Positions 24,204-32,000 of a DNA stretch of 32,000 nt are shown one piece after another; within the stretch, counting starts at the first letter, position 1, and each line of letters starts with the position of its first letter. The stretch spans positions 120,001 to 152,000 of the forward strand of contig NC_009033.1 in assembly GCF_000015945.1 (NCBI RefSeq), written 5' to 3'. A program made the translations under genes and the position numbers. The DNA comes from Staphylothermus marinus F1 (GTDB taxonomy: Archaea > Thermoproteota > Thermoprotei_A > Sulfolobales > Desulfurococcaceae). Below the pieces are notes generated by a model. That model searched no databases. It worked only from the letters and a program-made list of their open reading frames with translations, and was not told the DNA's origin.

Positions 24204-26708
24204 ATGAGTAACGTACCCAAGGAGAAAAGATTCATTGTATGGTTAGATGAAGTTACCAAAGACGATGTAGTTCTTGTAGGAGGTAAAAACGCTAACCTCG
24301 GAGAAATGATTCGAGCAGGCATACCTGTTCCACCGGGATTCGCTGTGACAGCTTATGCATACAAGTACTTCATAGAAAAGACAGGCTTAAAAGACAAGAT
24401 CTATCCGCTTCTAAACAGTATTGATGTAAATGATAAGAAAGTATTAGATGAAACAACAGCTAAGATTCGTCAATGGATAATGGATACACCAATGCCCCCC
24501 GAAGTAGAAGAGGAGATTAGGAAATACTATAGAGAACTAGCTAAGAAAATAGGGATGGAACCAGAAAAACTACGGGTAGCCGTTAGAAGTAGTGCTACAG
24601 CAGAAGACATGCCTGAAGCAAGCTTTGCTGGTCAGCAAGACACTTATCTCAACGTATATGGGGAAGACAATGTTGTATACTATGTTAAAAGATGCTGGGC
24701 AAGCTTATTCACGAGCCGTGCAGTATTCTACCGTGTAGCACAAGGCATTCCACACGAGAAATCCCTAATGAGTGTAACTGTCCAGAAAATGGTCAATAGT
24801 AGAACTGCAGGTGTAATGTTCACACTTCACCCAGTCACCGGCGACGAGAAAGTAGTAGTTATTGAGGCTAGCTGGGGACTCGGCGAATCCGTTGTAGGAG
24901 GAAAAGTTACACCTGATGAATGGGTTGTTGATAAACAAACTCTTCAAATAGTTGATCAGAAGATTCACCATAAAACTCTAGCCATAGTATTTGATCCTAA
25001 GAAAGGCAAAAACGTAGAGATTAGATGGGATGAAAACAAACAAGCATGGGTAAGCGAGGAAGGACCAGTAGATATTGAAATGGTTAAGCATTTCCATCCT
25101 GACAAGCCAGCATTAAAAGAAGAAGAAGTTAAGAGACTAGCCGAACTAGCATTGCTTATAGAGAAACACTATGGTAGACACATGGATATTGAGTGGGCAG
25201 TAGACTATGATATACCATTCCCAGACAATGTATTCATCGTTCAAGCAAGACTAGAAACTGTATGGAGCGTTAGAAAAGAGAAAGAAAAAGCTGAAAAGAA
25301 AGCAGAAATTAAAGGAAAGAACATTGTCAAGTTATCCGAAGCCAAAGTACTAGTTCGAGGATTACCTGCCAGTCCAGGTATAGGTGCTGGCGTAGCTAAA
25401 GTAATCTTTGATCCCCACAGTAAGGAGGCACAGGAGTTCAAGGAGGGAGAAGTACTAGTAACTAAAATGACTGATCCTGACTGGGTACCATTAATGAAGA
25501 AAGCAGTAGCAATTGTTACAGATGAGGGAGGAATGACAAGCCATGCTGCAATTGTTAGCCGTGAATTAGGAATACCAGCAATTGTAGGAACAGGTAATGC
25601 TACACAAGTAATAAAGTCTGGAATAGAAGTAACAGTTGATGGTAGTAGAGGAGTAGTATATGAAGGAATAGTGGAGGATCTAGTTAAACCTAAAGAAGAA
25701 GTAAAAGCAGAAGTAGCAGGAGTTGGTATAAGTCCAGAGCAATTACTACCCTTATACCCAGTAACTGCTACAAAGATCTATATGAACTTGGGCGAGCCAG
25801 ACGCTATCGAGAAATATAAGGATCTACCATTTGATGGAATAGGATTAATGAGAATAGAATTCATAATTACTGATTGGGTACAATATCACCCGCTGTACCT
25901 GATCGAGCAAGGCAAAGAAAGCTTGTTCATCGATAAACTAGCAGAAGGAATAGCTAAAGTTGCACAAGCAATTTATCCAAGACCAGTAGTAGTAAGATTC
26001 AGCGACTTCAAGACAAACGAGTACCGTGGATTAAAAGGCGGAGAGAAATACGAACCCGAAGAAAGAAACCCAATGATTGGATGGAGAGGAGTTAGTAGAT
26101 ATATTCATCCAAAATATGAGCCAGCATTCAGATTAGAGGTTCGTGCAATTAAGAAAGTCCGCGAAGAAATGGGATTAACCAATGTATGGGTAATGTTCCC
26201 ATTCGTCAGAACAACCTGGGAGCTAGAAAGAGCACTAAAGATCATGGAGGAAGAGGGACTTAAGAGAGGTAAAGACTTCAAAGTATGGGCAATGGCTGAG
26301 GTTCCAAGCATAGTGTTGTTAGCAGATAAGTTCGCGGAATACGTGGATGGATTCAGTATAGGAAGCAATGATTTAACACAATTAATATTAGGAGCAGACC
26401 GTGACAGCAACATATTAGCCGAAATGGGATACTTCGACGAGAGAGACCCAGCAGTTCTAGCAGGCATCAAGATGATAATCGAGAAAGCACACAGCAAAGG
26501 AGCAACTGTGAGCATTTGTGGACAAGCACCAAGTGTGTATCCAGAAATAGTTGAATTCCTCGTTGAAGCAGGAATAGATAGTATTAGCGTTAATCCAGAC
26601 GCAGTGATCGCTACAAGGAGACTAGTTGCCAGTATTGAGAGAAAAATCATGTTAAAGAGACTAAACAAGATCATGGATAAACTAAATAAGCTAGAACTAG
26701 GGTTTTAA
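24204..26708 (+). CDS. ppsA: Phosphoenolpyruvate synthase (pyruvate, water dikinase)
   Basis: The N-terminal ATP-grasp region has '[11 protein letters not shown]'. The phosphohistidine swivel domain has '[21 protein letters not shown]'. The PEP-utilizer C-terminal domain has '[12 protein letters not shown]'. A C-terminal helical tail '[23 protein letters not shown]' is present. GGGGTG lies 7 nt upstream of the ATG. Confidence 0.95.
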   Translation: MSNVPKEKRFIVWLDEVTKDDVVLVGGKNANLGEMIRAGIPVPPGFAVTAYAYKYFIEKTGLKDKIYPLLNSIDVNDKKVLDETTAKIRQWIMDTPMPPEVEEEIRKYYRELAKKIGMEPEKLRVAVRSSATAEDMPEASFAGQQDTYLNVYGEDNVVYYVKRCWASLFTSRAVFYRVAQGIPHEKSLMSVTVQKMVNSRTAGVMFTLHPVTGDEKVVVIEASWGLGESVVGGKVTPDEWVVDKQTLQIVDQKIHHKTLAIVFDPKKGKNVEIRWDENKQAWVSEEGPVDIEMVKHFHPDKPALKEEEVKRLAELALLIEKHYGRHMDIEWAVDYDIPFPDNVFIVQARLETVWSVRKEKEKAEKKAEIKGKNIVKLSEAKVLVRGLPASPGIGAGVAKVIFDPHSKEAQEFKEGEVLVTKMTDPDWVPLMKKAVAIVTDEGGMTSHAAIVSRELGIPAIVGTGNATQVIKSGIEVTVDGSRGVVYEGIVEDLVKPKEEVKAEVAGVGISPEQLLPLYPVTATKIYMNLGEPDAIEKYKDLPFDGIGLMRIEFIITDWVQYHPLYLIEQGKESLFIDKLAEGIAKVAQAIYPRPVVVRFSDFKTNEYRGLKGGEKYEPEERNPMIGWRGVSRYIHPKYEPAFRLEVRAIKKVREEMGLTNVWVMFPFVRTTWELERALKIMEEEGLKRGKDFKVWAMAEVPSIVLLADKFAEYVDGFSIGSNDLTQLILGADRDSNILAEMGYFDERDPAVLAGIKMIIEKAHSKGATVSICGQAPSVYPEIVEFLVEAGIDSISVNPDAVIATRRLVASIERKIMLKRLNKIMDKLNKLELGF

Positions 26709-26878
26709 GACTAACTAATTTTTATACAATAATCTATATAATACCAGCTTATTTTTATATAATTTCTTTTCTTCTCTTTATTAATACAGTTATTTCTCAA
26801 TATGGTAAATCGTATATTATTTATTTCCCTCCTTTCATAATCCATAATGTATACAATTCTAACTAATATCCGATCAAG

Positions 26879-28219
26879 GTGATGTGTGTGGTTAAGAAAA
26901 TAGTCATCTTAGGTGCAGCTGGAAGAGACTTCCACAATTTCAATGTAGTATTCAGAAATAACCCTGAGTATAGAGTAGTAGCGTTTCTTCAAACTCAGAT
27001 CCCTGGTATTGCTGGTCGACGATACCCCCCAGCTTTAGCCGGAGAATTATATCCAGACGGTATACCAATACTTAGCATGGAGTATTTAGAAGAAGTTGTC
27101 AAAGCATATAATGTGGATGAAGCGTTTCTAAGCTATAGTGATTTAACATATGAAGAATTGGGAAGAGTTCTGAGCAGAGTCGTAGGTCTCGGTCTCAACT
27201 TTAAAATCCTGGGACCGAAGGAGACAATGATAGAATCATCTAGACCTGTGATCGCTGTCACAGGCGTAAAAACTGGTGCAGGAAAAAGCAGTGTTTCACG
27301 AGAAATTGCAAGAATACTAGTGAATAAGGGGTTCCGCGTGGGCGTTGTAAGGCATCCAATGCCGTATGGTAATTTGGAAGAAATGGTTGTCCAGAAATTT
27401 AAGACCTTCGAAGATCTAGATAAGTATAAAGCTACAATTGAGGAGAGAGAAGAATATGAGCACTACATACGTATGGGATTACCTGTCTATGCTGGAGTAG
27501 ATTATGGTAAATTATTAAGGATAGTGGAAAAAGAAAACAATATTATTTTATGGGATGGAGGCAATAATGACTGGCCATTCTATAGACCAGACTATATGGT
27601 AACAGTTGCAGACGCTTTAAGACCAGGTATAGAAGTTAAGAGTTTCCCAGGAGAGATCAATTTGAAACTAGCCAATGCAGTAATTATTAACAAGGTTGAC
27701 CAAGCAAAACCAGGAGCAGTAGAGACAATTAAAAAGAATATAGTAGAAGTTAATCCTAAAGCAAAGATATCATTAGCTGAGAGCGAAGTAGTAGTTGACA
27801 AGCCCGAACTCGTGGAAGGAAAGAAAGTACTTGTTATAGAAGATTCTCCAACAGTTACACATGGAGGAGCACCATATGCTGCCGGCTATGTTGCAGCAAA
27901 GAAGTATGGTGGTGAACCCATTGATCCTAGGCCATATGCTACAGAGTTCTTTAAGAAAATATATCGTGAATACCCACATATGGGCCCAGTTCTCCCAAGC
28001 ACAGGATATACAGAGGAACAATTGAAAGAGCTTGAGGAAACAATAAACCGTGTTCCAGCAGATACAGTAGTACTAGGAACTCCAAGCGACATAACAAGAT
28101 TGATCAAGATAAATAAGCCTGTTGTAAGAGTTTCATTCAGGATAAAAATTGTTGAGGGACCCAGCATTGAGGAACTTGTAGATGAATTCTTAGAAAAAGC
28201 TAAAGCTAAAATAGAGTAA
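26879..28219 (+). CDS. P-loop NTPase of the cyclic-2,3-diphosphoglycerate-synthetase-like / COG2403 'predicted GTPase' family
   Basis: The N-terminal block 'IVILGAAGRDFHNFNVVFRNNPEYRVVAF' and the P-loop 'VTGVKTGAGKSSV' match my recollection of this family, which I could not verify by search. The true start may be GTG 26888, downstream of GGTGATG. Confidence 0.55.
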   Translation: MMCVVKKIVILGAAGRDFHNFNVVFRNNPEYRVVAFLQTQIPGIAGRRYPPALAGELYPDGIPILSMEYLEEVVKAYNVDEAFLSYSDLTYEELGRVLSRVVGLGLNFKILGPKETMIESSRPVIAVTGVKTGAGKSSVSREIARILVNKGFRVGVVRHPMPYGNLEEMVVQKFKTFEDLDKYKATIEEREEYEHYIRMGLPVYAGVDYGKLLRIVEKENNIILWDGGNNDWPFYRPDYMVTVADALRPGIEVKSFPGEINLKLANAVIINKVDQAKPGAVETIKKNIVEVNPKAKISLAESEVVVDKPELVEGKKVLVIEDSPTVTHGGAPYAAGYVAAKKYGGEPIDPRPYATEFFKKIYREYPHMGPVLPSTGYTEEQLKELEETINRVPADTVVLGTPSDITRLIKINKPVVRVSFRIKIVEGPSIEELVDEFLEKAKAKIE

Positions 28220-28225
28220 AAATAT

Positions 28226-29665
28226 TTATCTTTTTATCAATAAATAACCTGTTACTCCTATAGCTATCACTACTATTGCCACCGTAATATATAGTAGATA
28301 TTGCTCTTCGCCTTTTCCGCCGCCACCAAGTATTTGTGTACTGGTTGTTTCAGTGAGTTGATGTGTAGATGTACTAGTTGTAGTTGTACTCTTGGTTGTG
28401 GTTGTTATGGTAGTAGTGATAGTAGTGGTCGTCGTGGTTGATATGGTACTAGTTATGGTTGTTGTTGGGGTAACACACTTTAGTTCGATAATATTGTTTT
28501 GTGGTTTGTAGACAGGTGAATGATCAGGATCTGTCTCATTATATAGGTATGCATACCAGCTGGTCGCATTTGATTTAATAATGTATTTCTCCCCAGTATC
28601 TTCTAGGTTGACAATTGTATTACTATTTGGTGGCACAAATAATTGAATGTAGAGTGAGCCTATGGATAAATTATAATGTATTCTCACCGGTATACTAGCG
28701 GATGTATTGTAGATGGTTAATTTAGTGTTATGGATCAGATAAGCGGTATTATTGATTTTCTCAACTCTTAATTCACCGCTTCCAGCTCCCATCTTTACAG
28801 GTATATAGGTGAATGTCTGGTTAGGATATAGAATCAAGATCATATAATGATATTCATAATTAATAATTTCGAGATCTTGTTTCATAACATTGTTGGCATA
28901 TGAGTATAGTGGGGCTCCTGCTCCACCAGTTATTATCCATGTAATATTGTTTTTAACCTGCATCCCCCAGCCATGATAGTGTCCCTGTAAAACAAGTTTT
29001 ACATGATCTTTGTTCTTGACAATATTCATGAAAATGCTTGATCTCTCATTATCTAGATTATGGTTAACCTTGGGAAATATTGGTCTATGAAACACGAATA
29101 CTAAAGATCTATTTTCTAAGTCGTTGTAAGCACCTAATATTTGGTTTTTCCAGTTCATGGATAATCTTGTCTCACTATTAATAATAGCAATTCTCCAGTT
29201 AGGGATATCATCTATATACATATATTCTGGGCCAAAATATGTTAGCCAATAATTCATTGATTCACTGTGAAGTTCTAGATCATGATTTCCTATTGCAAGC
29301 CATATATTTTGTATGCTGGAGTTTTTAAGTATCCAGTAAAATCTTTCGAATTGTTCCTTGGAACCAATACCTAAGTGATCCCCTGTTCCTATAAAGGCTA
29401 CAGGATATATTTGTTTAGATACATTGACTATATCATAGAATATTTCTGGAGGATTTATATCATGTGTATTTTGTGGTCTATTATCTCCCACTACAACAAT
29501 TGGATACCAAGGCAGGGTATCTGGAATAACCCATCTAGTCGCATTATATAATGGAGTTATTTCCTGGTTATCTGAGGTAAAAGTCGTATTTGATGTGAAC
29601 GATGGCGTGAATAGGATTATTGATAATATTAACCCAAATACAAGAATAACTAGACGACTTCTCAT
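28226..29665 (-). CDS. Secreted calcineurin-like metallophosphoesterase with a Thr-rich stalk and C-terminal TM anchor
   Basis: It has an N-terminal signal/TM segment and the phosphoesterase motifs 'VVVGDNRP', 'GTGDH', 'AIGNHD', 'FHRP' and 'LQGHYHGW'. Many N-x-S/T sequons are present. The C-terminus is a Thr-rich linker plus the TM 'YLLYITVAIVVIAIGVTGYLLI'. A strong GGAGGTG SD lies upstream. Confidence 0.85.
   Translation of the reverse strand: MRSRLVILVFGLILSIILFTPSFTSNTTFTSDNQEITPLYNATRWVIPDTLPWYPIVVVGDNRPQNTHDINPPEIFYDIVNVSKQIYPVAFIGTGDHLGIGSKEQFERFYWILKNSSIQNIWLAIGNHDLELHSESMNYWLTYFGPEYMYIDDIPNWRIAIINSETRLSMNWKNQILGAYNDLENRSLVFVFHRPIFPKVNHNLDNERSSIFMNIVKNKDHVKLVLQGHYHGWGMQVKNNITWIITGGAGAPLYSYANNVMKQDLEIINYEYHYMILILYPNQTFTYIPVKMGAGSGELRVEKINNTAYLIHNTKLTIYNTSASIPVRIHYNLSIGSLYIQLFVPPNSNTIVNLEDTGEKYIIKSNATSWYAYLYNETDPDHSPVYKPQNNIIELKCVTPTTTITSTISTTTTTTITTTITTTTKSTTTTSTSTHQLTETTSTQILGGGGKGEEQYLLYITVAIVVIAIGVTGYLLIKR
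28334..28474 (-). repeat. Low-complexity Thr/Ser/Ile-rich coding repeat (probable glycosylated stalk)
   Basis: It encodes 'TPTTTITSTISTTTTTTITTTITTTTKSTTTTSTSTHQLTETTSTQ'. On the plus strand the DNA is an imperfect GTNGTNGTT-type repeat. Confidence 0.7.
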
Positions 29666-29788
29666 AGAACACTATGCACCTCCAAGACGGATTTTTGGTT
29701 TTGTATAAATAGTTTTGCCAGTACCTTATAAAAATGGTTATTTATTTAATAATTGATAAACATTGAGGTTGTGAATTATTTACTCATA

Positions 29789-29818
29789 GTATATTAATAG
29801 GTATATTAGGGTATATTA
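29789..29818 (+). promoter_or_regulatory. Three direct copies of GTATATTA upstream of the PIN-ATPase gene
   Basis: GTATATTA occurs at 29789-29796, 29801-29808 and 29811-29818, with spacings of 12 and 10 nt. The copies lie 46-75 nt upstream of the TTG start at 29864 and are TATA-like in content. Confidence 0.3.
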
Positions 29819-29863
29819 TAAGTTGTATTTGATATAGGGAAAAATATCGAGGTATCGAATACT

Positions 29864-31432
29864 TTGTCTCTAGGAATACCAAGTGAGGAAATATATGTGC
29901 CTGATACTAGTGCTTTGGTTGAGGGAGCTGTTAGTAGGCTTGTGCGTGAGGGAAGGATAAAGGGGATAATAATTATTCATAGAGCAAGTATTGCTGAGTT
30001 AGAGCACCAGGCAAATAAGGGTAGAGCCACAGGCTTCGCTGGTTTAGAGGAAATTAAGAGACTCAGAAAGCTTTCCAATGAAGGTATTATTAGAGTTGAA
30101 ATAAGCGGTGATAAACCTAAAACAATCGATATTAAAAATCTCGGATCTGAAGCGATCGATGCAATGATTAGAGATTATGCTTATGAGCTTGGTGCAACAC
30201 TTATAACAGGTGATAAGGTCCAAGCTGAAGTTGCTGAAACCATGGGTATACCAGTAATTTTTATTCAACCAACTATTGAGACCCGTTTAATTCTAGAAGA
30301 ATTCTTCGACAGTATAACTATGAGCGTTCATTTAAAAGAAGGTGTTCCGCCTATCGCTAAGAAGGGGAGGCCTGGTGATTGGGTATATGAGACTATTCGT
30401 GATAAACCATTAACTCGTAGGGACTTAGAGGAGATTGCTAATAATATCATTGAACAGGCGAAGAGCAGACCTGACGGATTTATAGAGATTGATCGTTTTG
30501 GCTCAACTATAGTACAACTAGGAACATATAGGATTATTATTACGCGTCCACCACTAAGTGATGGATGGGAGATAACAGCTGTTCGTCCACTTAAAAAACT
30601 TAGCTTAGAAGACTATAATTTACCTGCAAAACTTATTCAGAGGCTAAATGAGAGAGCTGAAGGAATACTTATAGCTGGAGCCCCTGGAATGGGTAAGACA
30701 ACGTTTGCACAAGCGCTCGCAGAATACTATATGAGGCAAGGAAAAGTCGTTAAAACAATAGAGTCACCTCGAGACATGAATCTTCCCCCAGAGATTACTC
30801 AGTATAGTAAAAACTATGCTGATCTAGGAGAACTACATGATATACTCCTCCTATCAAGACCGGATTATACAGTATTCGATGAGATGCGTAGTGATGAAGA
30901 CTTCAAGCTATATGCAGATCTAAGACTTGCAGGTATAGGAATGATCGGAGTAGTACATGCGACAACACCTATAGATGCTATACAGAGGTTTATTGGAAGA
31001 GTAGAACTAGGAATGATTCCAAGCCTAATAGATACTGTTATATTCATTAAGAACGGCTACGTAGATAAAGTATACGAGGTAAGGATGACAGTAAAATTAC
31101 CTACAGGATTAAAAGAAGCTGAACTAAGTAGACCGGTTGTTGAGGTAAGAGACTTCTTAACAGATGAGCTAGAATATGAAATATATACTTTTGGCGAACA
31201 AACAGTAGTTGTCCCGGTCAAGAGATTCTATGAAAGAGCAGGATTAGGGTTGCTTGATAGATTGGCTCGCAGAGTACAACAAATGCTTCCAGGAGCCGAG
31301 ATTAGAGTGGAAAACAATAGCATCTTAGTAATTATTCCGAGAAACCTTATTAAAACCTATAATAAAAAGATAAGAAGACTTAGAAAAATCGAGGATCGAT
31401 ATAATGTGCCGATAAGAGTAAGAATAGCATAA
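29864..31432 (+). CDS. PIN domain - PilT/PhoH-like ATPase - KH-like domain protein (COG1855-type archaeal ATPase)
   Basis: The N-terminal PIN signature is 'YVPDTSALVEG...ITGD'. Walker A is 'IAGAPGMGKTT' and Walker B-like is 'YTVFDEMR'. The C-terminal ~80 aa is a basic beta-alpha-rich tail. The start is TTG, 10 nt after GAGGT. Confidence 0.8.
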   Translation: MSLGIPSEEIYVPDTSALVEGAVSRLVREGRIKGIIIIHRASIAELEHQANKGRATGFAGLEEIKRLRKLSNEGIIRVEISGDKPKTIDIKNLGSEAIDAMIRDYAYELGATLITGDKVQAEVAETMGIPVIFIQPTIETRLILEEFFDSITMSVHLKEGVPPIAKKGRPGDWVYETIRDKPLTRRDLEEIANNIIEQAKSRPDGFIEIDRFGSTIVQLGTYRIIITRPPLSDGWEITAVRPLKKLSLEDYNLPAKLIQRLNERAEGILIAGAPGMGKTTFAQALAEYYMRQGKVVKTIESPRDMNLPPEITQYSKNYADLGELHDILLLSRPDYTVFDEMRSDEDFKLYADLRLAGIGMIGVVHATTPIDAIQRFIGRVELGMIPSLIDTVIFIKNGYVDKVYEVRMTVKLPTGLKEAELSRPVVEVRDFLTDELEYEIYTFGEQTVVVPVKRFYERAGLGLLDRLARRVQQMLPGAEIRVENNSILVIIPRNLIKTYNKKIRRLRKIEDRYNVPIRVRIA

Positions 31433-31573
31433 CATAAATAAGGCTCTATTCATACTAGGAAACTTATTACTTTCTCATATGTTCTGCTATTTTTCCTTAG
31501 ATTATAGAATAAAAGTTATTTATATTAAAAACTTAAAGATTATATGTATCCTTACCCAAATTGGTGGTCCTGT

Positions 31574-32000
31574 ATGTCTGGTGTAACCGGCGGGGTATTA
31601 ATTATAATAGGTCTAATACTATATGTAATATTCTATTATACTCATGGAAAATATCTCGAGAAAAAAAAATAGTTCAAGCCGATCCCAATCGTGAAACTCC
31701 TGCTAAGAGATTATATGATGGAGTAGACTATGTTCCCGCCAATAAATATGTATTGTATGGCCACCACTTCGCATCAATAGCTGGTGCAGGACCAATAGTG
31801 GGGCCTGCCATAGCCCTTGGCTGGGGATGGTTGCCCTCAATATTATGGGTATGGTTTGGCAACGTCTTTGTAGGAGTGGTACATGACTACTTAGCGTTGA
31901 TGTCTAGTGTTAGGTATGATGGAAGAACAATTGGATGGATTGCCGGCAGGCTTATGGGTAGGAAAGCTACGTATGTCTTTAATGCATATATATGGTTCTC
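31574..32000 (+). pseudogene. cstA: Carbon starvation protein CstA, N-terminal part, split by a frameshift at an A9 tract (pseudogene, sequencing error or recoding site); runs off the window
   Basis: Frame 2 (31574-31672) encodes '[32 protein letters not shown]', a TM1-like segment. Frame 1 from 31669 encodes '[46 protein letters not shown]...', the canonical CstA block. The junction is A9 at 31661-31669. GGTGG lies upstream of the ATG. Confidence 0.75.

Noticed and set aside
26105-26674. 189-aa minus-strand ORF inside ppsA, plus the many other 60-115-aa antisense ORFs in the track (e.g. 533..733, 2826..3122, 8530..8796, 9292..9636, 13844..14155, 14840..15178, 22638..22976)
   Set aside because: All are fully embedded antisense to strongly supported genes. 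They have Ser/Leu/Ile-rich low-complexity translations and no SD motifs, as expected for chance open frames in AT-rich coding DNA.
28334-28474. Imperfect GTNGTNGTT-type DNA repeat as a non-coding tandem repeat or microsatellite
   Set aside because: It lies within the metallophosphoesterase ORF and encodes a Thr-rich stalk between the catalytic domain and the C-terminal TM anchor. It is a coding low-complexity region.
1-32000. Search for CRISPR arrays, IS elements or transposases, integrases, prophage or toxin-antitoxin modules and known defence operons
   Set aside because: There are no regularly spaced direct repeats and no transposase, integrase or Cas-like ORFs. There are no terminal inverted repeats flanking gene blocks and no compositional break suggesting an island. 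The window reads as core chromosome with a few orphan genes.

Overview
AT-rich (roughly mid-30s %GC by eye), gene-dense window with short spacers, GGTG/GGAGG-type Shine-Dalgarno motifs, oligo-T terminators and proteins typical of a hyperthermophilic crenarchaeon. A PEP synthase with a C-terminal helical tail, a Pyrococcus-type Asp-ligand ferredoxin and Thr-rich stalks on surface proteins suggest Desulfurococcales, possibly Staphylothermus; this is inference and was not verified. Content is mostly core metabolism and transport. It includes leuS (5'-truncated), an AhpD-like protein, and a sugar-nucleotide operon pairing an NTP-transferase with a degenerate phosphohexomutase paralogue. It also includes two tandem YjbQ/UPF0047 genes bracketed by two paralogous small membrane proteins, a dihydroorotase-like amidohydrolase, MarC, a CDF transporter and a complete BMP-type ABC transporter operon. 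Further genes are a ferredoxin, an M20 deacylase, a JAMM/MPN+ protein, a biotin carboxylase, ppsA, a cDPG-synthetase-like P-loop protein, an anchored metallophosphoesterase, a PIN-ATPase-KH protein and the start of cstA. I saw no CRISPR array, IS element, integrase, rRNA or canonical tRNA, and no convincing multi-gene novel system such as a defence island. The leads most worth a second look are: (1) a GC-rich structured element of unresolved class in the 7155-7720 spacer; (2) cstA interrupted at an A9 tract arranged like a -1 frameshift or transcriptional-slippage site; (3) a 209-aa orphan with a C-terminal PIP-box-like motif; (4) a 407-aa orphan with a PD-(D/E)xK-like motif and a perfect 16-bp palindrome in its leader; (5) a JAMM protein with an unknown N-terminal domain; (6) a phosphohexomutase paralogue that has lost its metal- and phosphate-binding motifs. 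All family calls rest on motifs read by eye; no database search was possible.
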